A stretch of DNA of 64,000 bases from Paraspadella gotoi (taxonomy: Eukaryota > Animalia > Chaetognatha), in contig CM119269.1 in NCBI GenBank assembly GCA_051294375.1, positions 20,941,665 through 21,005,664 of the forward strand, written 5' to 3'. Numbering within the stretch: position 1 is the stretch's first letter; each line of letters opens with the position of its first letter. This document shows, piece by piece, positions 37,582 to 52,142 of this stretch. Position numbers and translations under genes: made by a program. The notes beneath the pieces are model-generated. The model saw only the letters and a list, made by a program, of their open reading frames with translations. It had not been told where the DNA came from and did no database searches.

Positions 37582-37655
<74 letters not shown>

Positions 37656-37718
37656 CTAGAATTAGGGGTTGATTAACGGCGAGTTCTTCCCCGGTCCCGG
37701 GACAGCAAAGTCTTTTTC

Positions 37719-37790
<72 letters not shown>

Positions 37791-38014
37791 AGAAGAGAGC
37801 AAAGTCTTTTTCGTGTTTCCCAGAATCTTGTTTTCATTAGCGACGGACGGTCGCTCTCAGCATGATTGTCACGACAACGGCGACGACGACGACGAGAGAC
37901 GACGACTACGCAGCGACGACGAGGATGGCGACGATGACACGACCATGACGGGGCGACGATGAAAAATGAAGGGGAACGAAAAGAAAGAAAGAGAAAGAGA
38001 GCAGAGGGAGAGAG

Positions 38015-38076
<62 letters not shown>

Positions 38077-39525
38077 AGGTTTGAGAATAAGACAAATGGA
38101 AAAAGATTTTCTTACAATTTATTAGAGAAAATCTGCTCGGACGATAAAACAATCGATTCCAATTAAAATCCTAAATGCTTCGCGAATTAATTACCACTTT
38201 TTCTCTCAGCACAGCGTCGTTGTCGTCGTCGTCGTTGTCGTCGTTGTCGTCGTAGTGTTCGTCGTCGTGTTCGTCGTCGTGGTCGTCGTCGTGGTCGTCG
38301 TCGTCCTTATAATCGAAAGAAACAAATGGCGTTGCAAGAATAAATGAGGAACGAATGGAGAACAAATGGATAAATGATTAAAGAGAAAAAAATCTTTTTT
38401 ACATCTCGGTTAAATATGAGAAAAGACAATAGAGTATAAGAATTTAAATCGAGCCTTTCGGAGTAAAAAATTGATTGACTTTTTTTTACCGTTTATAAAA
38501 TTCTTAAGGCAAGAATTAAGAATTGCGAGAGCTAATTTGTGCTTTTTTTTAAGATTTGTATGAGATTTCATTATATGATATATATTTCCGTAAAATATTT
38601 CAAAACAATTTTGTTATCTATTATTATTATTATTATTACTGAGCTGCTTACGTATTACGTACCACTCCCCCGCTACCCCACGCCACCCCCGCCACCCCCA
38701 CTACTCACACCACCCCACGCCACCCCCGCCGCCTCGCCCCCCAGTTCCACGCAACCCGCTAAATACCGAGAGTTCTCGATTCCTTTTTTTCATTCAACGA
38801 ACGCTTTGCACAGTGTGATTTTTTCCTGCCAGCGTTAAGACTCAAGGCCCCACGCAGAGAAAAATGTCGAAAAAATATAATGCAATTTTATATTGACATT
38901 TAAAAAAAATGATCCGTACACTCTGAGAGAACGATTTGAGCTCAACTTTTTAATCTACTTAAAGTAGTCGAGTTGAATTTTTTTTTTTAAATCGAAAAAA
39001 AGATGAAAAGGAAAAATAAAGTTCATTCTGGACCAGTCACTGAAAAAAAAAAAAAATTGTTATCTACAACAATAACAACACCAATAAATGCAAAAACTCT
39101 TGTCGTCAGCGGATGTGATTCTCTTCCCAACTTCTCAATCTCTTCTTTTCTCTCCAAAATCTTTCTTTTTCACTCCAGGATTAAAATACTATAATTTATA
39201 TCTAATACTTATAAATCTAATTTGTTGTTAATATTTAAAATAGCCACCTCACATATATTGTTCTTCCAATAATTGGAACATCGAAGCCGCGAGGAAAGAT
39301 TCACTTACAACTACAATATTCCACATCACAGACAACAATAACAAAGCGATGCGAAGGCTGCGGCAGTTAATCTTACCGCAGCTCCCACTTCATTTTGCTG
39401 CAGCACTCAGTGCCGCAGCATTCATCACGTGCGTACAATCTAGGAGGAGATCGAATTTTACGCGGAAAGAAAATCTCGGCCAAATTGCGATTCACCAGCA
39501 AATTGCGGCGGTGCTGACAAAGGGA

Positions 39526-39556
<31 letters not shown>

Positions 39557-39561
39557 CTCTC

Positions 39562-39597
<36 letters not shown>

Positions 39598-40065
39598 CTC
39601 TCAACTCCTTCTCCCACACTATTCCCCACCTCCTCCTCCCCCCTCTCCTCCCCTCAGATTGAGACTCTCGCAATTTTCTTCTTGATGTGAATACTAAACG
39701 CGGTCGCCGGTGAACCAACCGAAGCAGAGACAAGATTGGCAACGGGTCGTCGTTGTCGTCGTCGTCTTCGTCCCGCGATGAGACTCCCACCCGATTTTTT
39801 TTTCGCCTCACCCTACATTCAGAACAGTTTCCTCCTCCCGCGGAATGACTTACCCCGTCGCAGCGACGAACCTCTCCCAGTGGCCTAGAAATATTAAAAA
39901 GAAAAATTAAATTGATAAAAAATTAGCCAACGACGTCTTGCCTCCCCAGGAATACAAATTTTGTCAGCTATTTTTTTTTTGTCTAATACTGATTTTAAAA
40001 TCACACTTTTTGTTGGATGAGTAAAGTACTCTCTCTCTGTCTCTCTCTCTGTCTATCTGTCTGTA

Positions 40066-40107
<42 letters not shown>

Positions 40108-40124
40108 GATGTAAGGAGGATAAT

Positions 40125-42367
40125 AAAAGGAAGGAAACAAAAACACTAATTACTCAATGATGATAGCCATAGCCGATCAAATTTAAATGCTTATGTTTAC
40201 AGCGTTAAAATAATCTATCATACTTTCTTCTGAGGATACCAGCCTAACTAAAATTAAAAAAAAAATCTTAGAATTAAGCGAAAATGTTTATTTTGTTAAC
40301 TTACAACGAATTTGTTTTTATTTTAAAGGAAGAAATCTTGAGACTTTTGGATAGATTCTGATGTTATATAAAAAGTTAAAAAATAAAATATAATTTAGAG
40401 CCGTATAAGAAATTTTTTGTTCATTGAAAGTATTCTTAAAAATGTTTAAATTTTCGTTTGAGCTTGTACTCGCTCTAAATTTTTGACTCACCCCATTAAG
40501 CTGGGCTACCCATAAACCGGAAAAAGAGTCGTGAATAAATAAACGAATGAGATGAAGTTGTCATGAGAGGAAGAGAAGGAGAGAGTTACGTAAGTAAATA
40601 AAGAAAGAATTATAGAAGCTTACATTTCTTTCGATTTTTTATTTCATCCAAAGCATTTTTTGCGTTTTTTTTTTTCAGTTTTAAAGTCAATGATTTTCGT
40701 TCAGTTTCATGAAATTGGTACAACCAATATAAAAAATTAATTTCCATTCATTTAATATAATTAAGCTATCTTGTCCCTGACTTGGACAGGCTTTGGTCTG
40801 TTTAAGGCCTCCCATAACCTCCTTTACTAAGACTAATGAGCATTAGCACGTCCCTGCAAGCTTTCAATCCAGACTCTCTCACAACTGTGCCGTTTATTCA
40901 CTCCATGAGTACCTTGGCTACCCACCTTTATAATGAAGTGAAAATATTCAAAGTACATGTTTTCAAATGTATGGAAAAGACCACTCCGCTTAATTATTTA
41001 GCTCGTGGGAATATTATTGTACTCCGCACTAGTATCAAAATACAAGGAGGCTGAATTTTATGAAATCGGTTAGCAAACATTAATAAAAATTGTTCCATTC
41101 ATTTATAAATAAGCTATCTTGCCCCTGACTTTGGACAGGCTTTGTGTGTGTAAGGCCTCCATCACTCTTTACAGATATGACATAGCAGGTCCCTGCAAGC
41201 TTTCAATCAAGACTCTCTCACAGTCCCGTTTATTCACTCCCAGAGTACCTGGCTTCCCTATTCAATGAAGTGGAAAATTATTTCAAAGAATGTTTCAATT
41301 GTATGAAAAGACCACATCCCTTAAGTATTTAGATCGGGGAATACTTATTGTTACTCCGCACTAGCATCAAAATACAAGGAGCTGATTTTATGAAATTGGT
41401 ACAACCAATATAAAAATTATTCATTCATTTAATAAATAAGCTATCTTGCCCTGACTTTGGACAGGCTTTGGTGGTTTAAGGCCTCCATCACTCTTACAAG
41501 ATAATGACATAGCAGGTCCCTGCAAGCTTTCAATCAAGACTCTCTCACCGTCCGTTTATTCACTCCCAGAGTACCTGGCTTCCCTATCATGAAGTGGAAA
41601 AATATTTCAAAAAATGTTTCAATTGTATGAAAAGACCACTCCCTTAAGTATTTAGATCGGGGATACCTTATTGTACTCCGCACTAGCATCAAAATACAAG
41701 GAGCTGAATTTTATGAAATTGGTACAACCAATATAAAAATTATCCATTCATTTAATAAATAAGCCTATCTTGCCCCTGACTTTGGACAGGCTTTGGTGGT
41801 TTAAGGCCTCCATCACTCTTACAGATAATGACATAGCAGGTCCCTGCAAGCTTTCAATCAAGACTCTCTCACAGTCCCGTTTATTCACTCCCAGAGTCAC
41901 CTGGCTTCCCTATCTATGAAGTGGAAAATATTTCAAAAATGTTTCAATTGTATTGAAAAGACCACTCCCTTAAGTATTAGATCACGGGGAATACTTATTG
42001 TACTCCGCATCAACTAGCATCTAAAATACAAGGAGCTGAATTTTATTTGATCAATCGGCTTTACCAAGCCAATATAAAAATTATCCATTCATTTAATAAA
42101 TAATAACATAAATAACATATTACAACAGTTTAAAAATAAACGGATTTCAGTTCCCCTTGATCGCTTCGGTTTTTCGTTTCGTTTTTGTCAATGGAACCCA
42201 AAAAAAAATGAAAATTCGGAAATAAGAAGAGAAGAGGGAACACAGGTGCAAAGTCAATTCTGCGGAGAACATTTACGATCGGAGCAAACCACGCATTCAC
42301 ATAGTAATTTCCAAATTTTGGTTTTGTTTCGAAAGAAAAAAATTCGACTCGGAAAAGATGGATAAAA

Positions 42368-42405
<38 letters not shown>

Positions 42406-44960
42406 NNNNNNNNNNNNNNNNNNNNNNNNNAAAAGGAAGGAAACAAAAACACTTAATTACTCTAATGTGATAGCCATAGCTCGATCAAATTTAAATGCTT
42501 ATAGTTTACAGCCGTTTAAAAATAATCTATTCATACTTTCTTGTACACTCGACGGAGTTAATACTCCAGACGCCTACGACTCAAATATTAAAAAAATAAA
42601 CAGATCTTTGTACATATTAAAGCGTAAAATGAGTCTTAGTTTGCTAAACTCTATCAACGAAATTTGGTATCTTTTTTTTAAAGGTAATGAAATCTTCGAT
42701 GACTTTATGGATAGATTCTGATGTTATATATAAAAAGTTTAAAATAATTTAAAATAGTAATTTGCAGGCCGTATAAGAAATTTTTTTGTTCAATTGAAAA
42801 GTTATTCTTTAAAAATGTTTAAATATTTTTCGTTTGAGCTTGTGACTCGCCTCTAAATTTTTTGACTTCAACCCCATTAAGTGGGCTACCCATTAAACCG
42901 GAAAAAAAGAGTTCGTGGAATATAAAATAAACGAATGAAGATGAAGTTGTCATTGAGGGAAGAGAAGGAGAGACATTACGCGAAGTAAATAAAGAGACAG
43001 ATTATAGAAGCTTACATTTCTTTCTCGATTTTTTATTTTCATCAAGCATTTTTTGCGTTTTTTATTTTTCAGGTTTTTAAAGTCCACATGATTTTCGGTT
43101 CATTGTTTTTCATGAAATTGCGTACAACCAATATAAAAAATTAATTCCATTCATTTAATAATTCTAAGCTATCTTGTCCCTGACTTTGGACAGGCTTTGG
43201 TGCTTAAGGCCTCCACTCTCCTTACAAGTAATTGAGGCATAGCAGTCCCTTGCCAAGCTTTTCATCAAGGGACTCTCTCCAGTCCGTGTATTCACTCCCA
43301 GACGTTCCTTGGCTACCCCACCTATCAATGAATGTGTGGAAAATATTTCAAAGTACATGTTTCAATGTATGTGAAAAGACCAACTCCCTTAAGTTTAAGA
43401 TCGGGGCAATATTACTTGTACTCCGCCACTAGTATTTCAAAATACAAGGAGCTGCTGAATTTTATGAAATCTGGTAGCAACAATAATGATAAAATTATCC
43501 ATTCACTTTATAAAATAAGCTATCTTGCCCCTGACTTTGCGACAGGCTTTTGTGTGTTAAGTGCCTTCCTCACATCTTTACAAGATGATGACATAGCAGG
43601 TCCCTGCAAGCTTTCAATCAACAGACTTCTCTCACAGTCCCGTTATTACACTCCCAGAGTACCTGGCTTCCACTATCAATTGAAGTTGGAATAATTATTT
43701 GCAAAGAATGTTTTCAATTCTATGGAAAAGTACCATGCCCTTAAGTATTTAGATCGGGGAATACTTATTGTACTACCGCTACTAGCATCAAAATACTAAC
43801 GGAGGATTTTATGAAATTGGTACAACCTAATATAGAAATTATTCCATTCATTTTAATAAATAAGCTTATCTTGCCCTCCTGACTTGGGACAGGCTTTTTT
43901 GGTTTGAGGTTATAAGGGCCTCCATCACTCTTACAAATATTGACACATAGCAGGTCCCTGGCAAGCTTTCAATCAGACTCTCTCACCGCCCGTTTAATCC
44001 ACTCCCAGACGCTAACCTGGCCTTCCCTATCATGAAGTGGAAAAATATTTCAAAAAATGTTTCAATTATATTGAAAAGACCACTCCCTTAAGTACTTAGA
44101 TCGAGGGAGATATTTTCTTTTATTGTACTTCCGCATTCGCACAAAAATACCAAGGGGCTCTGAAATTTTATGAAATTGGTTACAAACCAATATAAATAAT
44201 TTATCCATTCATTTACGAATAAATAAGCTTCTTGCCCCTGACCTTTGGACAGTGGCTTTGGTGGTATTATAGGGCCTCCATTCACTCTTAACAAGATATG
44301 ACATAGCAGGTCCCTGGCAAGCTTTCAATCAAGACTCTCCTCACAGTCCCGTTTTATTCACCTCCCAGAGTCACTGGCTTCCCTATCTTTGAAGTGGAAA
44401 ATATTTCAAAAAATGTTTCAATTGTATTGAAAAGACACTCCCTTACAGTATCTCAGATCCACGTGGGAATACTTATATTGTTACTCCGCCACTAGTGCAT
44501 CCTAAAAATACAAGGGAGCTGAATTTTATGATACATGCGGTACAACCAATATAAAAAATTATACCATTCAATTTAACGTAAATAATAACATAAAATACAT
44601 ATTACAACAGTTTAAAAATAAACGCGGGGATTTCGTTTCCCCTTGATCGCTTCGTTTTTCGTTTTTCGTTTTTTCAATGGAACCCAAAAAAAAAATTGAA
44701 AATCGGAAATAAGAGAGAAGAGGGGAACACAGGTGTCAAAGTCAATTCTTGCGGGAGAACATTTACCGCATTCGAGCAAACCACGCCATTCACATAGTAA
44801 TTTTCCAAATTTTTGTTTTGTTTACGAAAGATGAAAAATATTCGACTCGGAAAAGATGGATAAAAACTATCTTATTCTATCTATCTATCTATCTATCGTA
44901 TCTATCTATCTATCTATCTAGCTTATTTTATCTATCAAGCTCTATTTATCTATCTATCTA
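40125..44960. repeat. Direct duplication 40125-42405 / 42431-44960 across an N gap
   Basis: Both copies start aaaaggaaggaaacaaaaacac and end in (atct)n, with the same internal order and many indels between them. Confidence 0.92.
40710..42100. repeat. Tandem array, ~325-350 bp unit, ~4 copies (repeated at ~43112-44580)
   Basis: Unit landmarks tgaaattggtacaaccaatataaaaa, agctatcttgcccctgactttggacagg, gcaggtccctgcaagctttcaatc and gaaaagaccactcccttaag recur. Unit starts are at ~40710, 41061, 41391, 41714 and 42048. Confidence 0.95.
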
Positions 44961-45879
44961 ATGTATTAACTTAAAGAAAAAGGGACTTGAAGAAAGACAG
45001 AAGAGTCAGTAGTAGAGCGAGAGAGAGAAAGCGGAGCGGACGAAGAGGGCGAGGCGGGACCGAAGAGCGCGCGGAGGGGAGGGAGACGAGGCAGAGGAAG
45101 GCGAGGAGAGCCGAGAGTCGAGGTCATACTAGCGGCGAGCTAACGAGACGAAGAGACACCTGAACGGGCAGGAGAGCCGGGATCCGGAGGCAGAGAGCGC
45201 GCGGTTTCGCAGCAGCCATACCGCGCGCGGTCACCGGCATCAGGACGCAATCGCTCGTCCGGCACAGGATCTGAACCAATCCGGGCAGTCGGCGTCCCAA
45301 CGGAACCCCTTGTCTGCTGCCTTCTCATCTCCTGGTCGACTCGGCAGAGTCCAAATCCCATACAGGCACGAATCGATAGCAGCAGGCATGGCAAGGCGAC
45401 GGACGAATACGAACCCTGATTACGTACGACGACATCTTGGAGAGAGACGCGTCAGCAAGAGATGCTCACGAGGAGCTTGGATGCGAGTGACGCACCGGAC
45501 CGGATCATAATCCAGGATGCCGCCAGGAAGCGGACATGCTAGCCGTAGGCATCAGCGGTCACCTCGATGGCCGTAAAGCATGCGCAGGCAGCAAGAAGAG
45601 GAGGAGAGAAGAAAGGGACGAGAGAAAGATCGGGGTCGGGCATTGAGCGAGAGAAAGAGAGAAGACACTCACTGAGAAAGAGAGAAAGAAAAGAAAGTGA
45701 GGAGAGGAAGAGAGAGATCGCGAGGGACGAGCGCGCGTTCGAGAGCGAGAGGGCCAACGCAACGGCTGGCTCTGATGCCGACAATACGTTGGCGACGGAG
45801 GAGGGGTGCGAGTTACGAGAGGAGGGGGGAGCGACAGGAGAGCAGAAGAGAGAGGAGAGAGAGAGAGAGAGAGAGAAGC

Positions 45880-45913
<34 letters not shown>

Positions 45914-46079
45914 TATATCGCTCCCCCTGGTTTCAAATCAACGACCTAAGTCTCCGATTTCCTTCCTGCAGTTTATCTCTCTTTCTCATTTGAAAATCGA
46001 GGAGATTTTTACAGTCGAAAAGGAAAAAGAAGGAAAGAAACAAATAGAGAAAGAAAGAAAGAAAGAAAGAAATAAAGAA

Positions 46080-46240
46080 ATAAAGAAATAAATAAATGAA
46101 TAAATAAATAAATAATTCAATAAATAAATAAATAAATAAATAAATGAATAAATAATTCAATAATTCAATAAATAAATAATTCAATAAATAAATAATTCAA
46201 TAAATAAATAATTCAATAAATAAATAAATAAATAATTCAA

Positions 46241-46323
<83 letters not shown>

Positions 46324-46325
46324 AG
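46080..46325. repeat. (AAAT)n microsatellite
   Basis: Direct observation. Confidence 0.95.
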
Positions 46326-47204
46326 AAGGAAAAAAATTTAAAAAAAGAAAGAAAAAAAGAAAGAAAGAAAGAATGAAAGAAAAAAGAGGAAAATAAGAAA
46401 AGAAAAAAGAAAGAAATATAAAATTATAAATATTAGAAAACTCGAACAGAAAGTAATCTTACCTTGTGTTGTGTAAATACCCCCTCTATTTCCAGAAAAC
46501 AAAACTAACGTCCCCATCCCAAACAAATTTTAACAAATAGAATCATAAATAATAGTTTAAATCTAAAAAAAATAAAGATAGTGAATCATGTACGTAATTT
46601 TAAAACTTTTATAAATAAATAAATAAATACGTATCACTTTATCCTTTTAACATTTTGTGACGCATAAGGTGCGTTAAAAAATAAATTGAAAATACTTAAC
46701 CAAACCTTGTTCTAAGTACAGGTACCATCCCTGCCACGTCACCCAAAAGAGTCACAGCTAATCTTCTGAAAGATTGAGCTCGGAGACGGTTTACCCGAGG
46801 CCATCAATATTTTGGTTAAAAGTCCTATGTGTTTCCCCTTTAAAACGCCCTACTTAGCGCAGTTAATGAGAATTAGATGTGCATATCATTACGCCCGAAA
46901 ATCGTTTAGCCAAAAATTCAAAGTAGGAAAGAAAAAAAAACATTCGAATAAATATAAAGATGCCCTTTAAATTGAGGAAGAAAAAAAGAATGACAGTTAC
47001 GCAAAAATAAAATAAAATAAATAAAAATTGGATCAAGAAAAAAAGAAAGAAAATTGAAAAAAAAGATTTAAGCTTTAAATTCGACGAGACACAAAAGATC
47101 AAAACTGTTTTTTATAGTAAAAAAATATATATATATATAAAATCAGATAAGACATTCGCCTTTAGACATAAAGCTCATTTTTTTAAATAGTTTATACTCT
47201 CTCT

Positions 47205-47274
<70 letters not shown>

Positions 47275-47427
47275 ATGAAATCATTTACCTAAATGACCGA
47301 AAAAAATTAATAAATACACCCTTTTATCCCACCAATTCTTCCGGTGGCCCTATTCCCTCCCCTCTCTTTTTTGCCAATTGTTTCCCCATCTGACCCCACC
47401 TCCCTCAATCCCCCACGCCCCAAACAG

Positions 47428-48315
47428 CCGCCAGTCCCGCCCTCAGCCCCTATAAGTGCGTGGGCGAGGAGCTCCGTCTCAAGTGCGACCGACTTGGGGA
47501 GAGACTGAAGGTGGTGAGGGCCACGTTCGGTCGCTCGCCCGCGATGATCTGCATGAGGATCTTGGGGGATCCCTGCTTCGCCGACGGGACGGAGGTGAGG
47601 TCGTTGTTGTAGTGGGGCTGGTTGTTTTTGTTGTCGTTGTTGTGGTTGTGGTTGTTTTGTGTATTGTTGGAGTTTTTTTTTTTTTGGTGTGATGAAAAAA
47701 TAAACCTTTTTTGCACCACAATTTTCCAATCACCCATCTATTTTACCTTATCTCACGTTCTTACTCCATATTTTTCCTCCCCGACCTTCCCTCTCTATCC
47801 TTCTCCTCCTCCTAACTTACCCAAGGAACTGACCCACGTCTGCGACGGCTTCGTCGAATGCGTGGTTCCCGTCGAAGCGCGAACGATGGGCCTCTGCCCG
47901 CCGATGCTCACCGACAATCTGCAGGCGAGTCTAGTTGGGATGGCGGCGACGAACGTGGCGGATATGACCGGTGCTGCGCTGATTAGAGCGGCAGCGTAGC
48001 GTGCGGGGGAAAAGGAGCTCAGAGGTTCGGATGTTGGCACCTAGGAGAACGAAGCTGCAAAGTTGAGGCCCTCGTTGGAAAGTGCCAAGAGGGACAATGT
48101 GGGCGGGCTGCCCAAGTCTATGTGAGCGGCGCTGACGATTGCGGGTCTGACGATTGCGGAGCCGACGAGCAACGTCTTCCTCCTTCTAGATTTTTTTTTT
48201 TACTCACTCTCAATGTTTTCTCTTTGGGTCCTTCGGGTTCGATCATCGCGAAGGCGAAGACGACGAGAAGTCATTCCAATTCCGAATTCTTGATCGAGTG
48301 GGCGGGGTTTGATTT

Positions 48316-48376
<61 letters not shown>

Positions 48377-48953
48377 CAAATTGCTTTTCATCAACATTCA
48401 ACGAGAAATATCTTTTACTACGTCTCTTTTTTTTTTCAATCGTTTTTTTCGTCGCCCTACATGTAGTCGTCATTCTTGACTGCAAGCTCGTAATCGTTCT
48501 CGTCGATGTCGTTGTAATTACAATCAAGCGGAATACTTTGGAAATTGTCATCGAAATCTTCGTCTTAGTCGTCATCTTCGTCATCATAAGAGCCTCGGTC
48601 TTCGTCGTCATCCACGTCGTGATCTATGGCACCATTATCATCTTCATGGTAATCTTCGCTCTGATTATCAACTTTATCGTAATATTCACTGTTGTTATCA
48701 TCTTAAATGCACGTAACTTGCTGTTATCAACTTTGCCATCGTCAATGTCGTGATATTTGTCACAATTTTCGTCGTTATCATCGTTTTCGTCATCGTTATC
48801 GTCTTCATCATCGTCCCAATCTTCGCGGTCGTTGAAAAGCTCACGCTCGTCGCTCGCAGATTTCTTTCTCACCGAAAATTGCGTTGATTTCTTGGCTCGT
48901 TTTGTCTTTTGAGTCTTTTTTGTTTCGTTGAGAGTTGCTTTCGTTATCATTGC

Positions 48954-49042
<89 letters not shown>

Positions 49043-50808
49043 GATTTAATTAAATTTAATTATACTCAATGAAATAATCTCATTTGCTGTTTATGGTTTC
49101 TTTGTCGTCCGTGAAATTTTAGATATTCGGATTCACTCAAACTTTCCTAATCCTCCCCTTAAGCCTCTATTAATTCTTCTTCCTTCCTTCCTCCTTCTAA
49201 TATTTGTTTTCCTCTTCCCACAAATCCCTTTTTCTTTCCTCTTTCAACTTTTTCCTCCACGGAAACGGGAACTCCTCTCCTAATTTTATTCATCTTCTTA
49301 TAGACGCTAAAAATTAATGAGCGGGAAATAAAATTGCGTAGAGATTCTTATTAAACTCATTAAAGTCGCCGGTAGGTGGAGGAAGAAAAGAGGTGGCAGG
49401 AAGAAGGGGAGGGGGAAAAAAGAAGATGATGAAAGCATTTAAGTAGAATTAAGTAGCATTTAAGTTCGAATCACACCGCTGCCACCACATTTAAGTAAGT
49501 AGACAGGGATTTCAATATGAAAACAAAGGGGAATTTTATTCTCAGAAAATAGACAGTAAACAAGACGGTGTCAATTTTCAGGCAGAGTGACTCAAATACA
49601 AAGTTGGTGCCAATTTATACAGTTCCATCGAATCGGAGGTAAGGGTAGAAATTACAGGCGGAAGGAAGCCCATCTGCTCATTGACCGGTGCCATTTGTCT
49701 CCACCAATGAGAGAGTTCCATTCCGATTCCGGTGGATTTTACACGAGTCGCCGATCCGATTTCATTTCTTGAGTTTGATTCCTCTGCGATGAAAGAAAAT
49801 AAGATTACAACCGATAAAACAAAGAAGAAATCAAACTCAGAACAGAGAAATGTGAGGAGATGTAAAAAAGTATGGTTTCGCCGCCTTTAAGAAAATTGAC
49901 AATTTGACATCCTTTACCTTGACGGAAGCCAATGTATAAAATACACTGCAAATTCTTTTGTACGGATTAAGTCAACGTGACACTACCGTCTACGAGCAAT
50001 TTGAATAGCCATTTTATCAAAATGTGAAGCAAAAATAAATAGCGAAGTTATATAAAAAAAATTTGCAAACAATAAAAAGTGGCTTGAGGAAAAAAAGGAA
50101 TCAAAGTTACCTCCGGTCCATCAGTACACGAATTATACCAGTAAAGACATGTACTACGTAACAAGGGTATCATCGTCTTACATCATTCGTTTTATATTCA
50201 TTTTATACCCCATTGATTTTTTGTTAGATTTATCCAAATAATTAGTATGAACGTTTTTTTCAAAGTATGATTTGATTTCTTTTCTTTTTTTTGAAAGAAT
50301 CCACTTAACATAAAATATGACAGTCTTCTAATTTGCGTATCAAAATCTTTCTAGATATCTTATGAAAAATGCATAATGTTGTGGACGTTTTCGTTTCGTG
50401 TTGCTCGCAATCAGTGACCCGGAGCAGAAATATGTGGCCGGTTTTGACGTAAAAAGCGATGATTGTTATTTTCGAGGTGGCGTAGCCAGGTGGCGAGGTG
50501 GCGTAACGAGGTCTTTGTCCCATTGTCACACTGTCTCATTGTGTCTCTCATTGTTTGTGTCTCTTTCAGTCTCGTTTTTTTGTATAATAAGTATTCCTCT
50601 GTCTCTTACAGTAAAGGGCACCGTTTCACTGAATACCACTACCATTTACTAACAAAATTCAAACCCTTTAACCAGTTGTTGTAAGCCCAACGAAAGTTTT
50701 AACTCTTCAAGTCGGCTTTTCGGTTTGTTCTTTTCTCGTGACAGTTTAAAGTTTAATTATCTCAAGTTCTGATTAGATTCTAATATATCCAAAGCTTTCA
50801 AGCTCCAA

Positions 50809-50902
<94 letters not shown>

Positions 50903-52102
50903 CTAGCCTCTTTCTCTCATCTCTCTCTCTATCTCTCTCTCACACACATTTATTTTATTCATCGCGATAAAAATATTTCTTCTCATGAATAATATTTTCT
51001 CGCGGATTTCGCTTCTTCGACGAAACCCGTGAAACAGATGTTTCGCTCTTCTAATCCTGCGACAGGCGCCATTTTAAATCACTACGGTGCCGCTGCAGTG
51101 CCATTTTAAATCCCTACGGCGCCGCTGAAGTGCCATTTTAAATCCCTACGGTGCCGCTGCAGTTCCATTTTAAATCCCTACGGTGCCGCTGTAGTGCCAT
51201 TTTAAATCCCTACAGCACTGCTGAAGTGCCATTTTAAATCCCTACAGCACTGCTGAAGTGCCATTTTAAATCACTACGGTGCCGCTGTGGTGCCTATTTA
51301 AATCCCTATGGCGCCACTGCAGTGCCACATAAAATCCCTATGGCATGCTGCGTGACAATTTAAATACCTTCAGCGCCGCTGCAGTGGCATTTTAAATCCT
51401 TATGGCGCCGCTGCAGTCCAATTTTAGATCCCTATGGCTCACTGCGTGCCATTTTAAATGCCTACATTGCCGCTGCCATGCAATTTTAAATCCCTATGGC
51501 GCCTCCGCGGTTCCATTTTAAATCCCTACGGCGCCGCTGCCATGCAATTTTAAATCCCTATGGCGCCGCCGCGGTGCCATTTTAAATCCCTACGGCGCCG
51601 CTGCGATGCCATTTTAAATCCCCGCGGCCTTACCCCCCCTTCCCGCCCCTTCGTAAATCCCGTAAATCCAGCTAAAACGCTGCTACCAAATCCAGCTGAC
51701 CCCCCACTCCCAGGCCCTTCCTAGTAGAGGTGACTCTTCGCCCGGGTGGTTTTTTTATTTCACTCTATCTTTCAGACGAGCCGCTTGAAATCCAGGCGTC
51801 TCTAAAACCATTAAAGCGATCTGTGGCATTGGCGACGTCTAATTTGAAAAGCCTAAGGCCACTTATATACGTATTGTTGTATATCGACTTGATTTGGCCT
51901 CAATCCTCTAGTGCACCTCAAGTGCACCTCAAGTTCAACGATTCCTTTTTATGTTTTTTTCTTCTTCATCTTTGAATCAAATTTAGAATCAAATCTCGTG
52001 CTCAGATCGAATACACCTGCGTCCCCGCGGAGCAAGTCGAGAAAGTGGACGAAGGCGGCGGCGTCGGAGGCGTCGTCGGCGGCGGCGTCGGAGGCGTCGG
52101 GG

Positions 52103-52142
<40 letters not shown>

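Noticed and set aside
41510-41530. Twister L4-like ggtccctgcaagc in the 330-bp repeat
   Set aside because: The loop length is wrong, there is no closing P4 and no T1 partner or UAA in the right order.
47987-48121. Cys-rich exon SGSVACGGK...GCWHLG...AAQVY
   Set aside because: It is open and phase 0/0, but including it would split NLQ from IEYTC and break the SUEL domain. The acceptor is weak.
51066-51625. CRISPR array (also the 18485 and 61590 arrays)
   Set aside because: The repeats are head-to-tail with no unique spacers, there are no cas genes and the context is eukaryotic.
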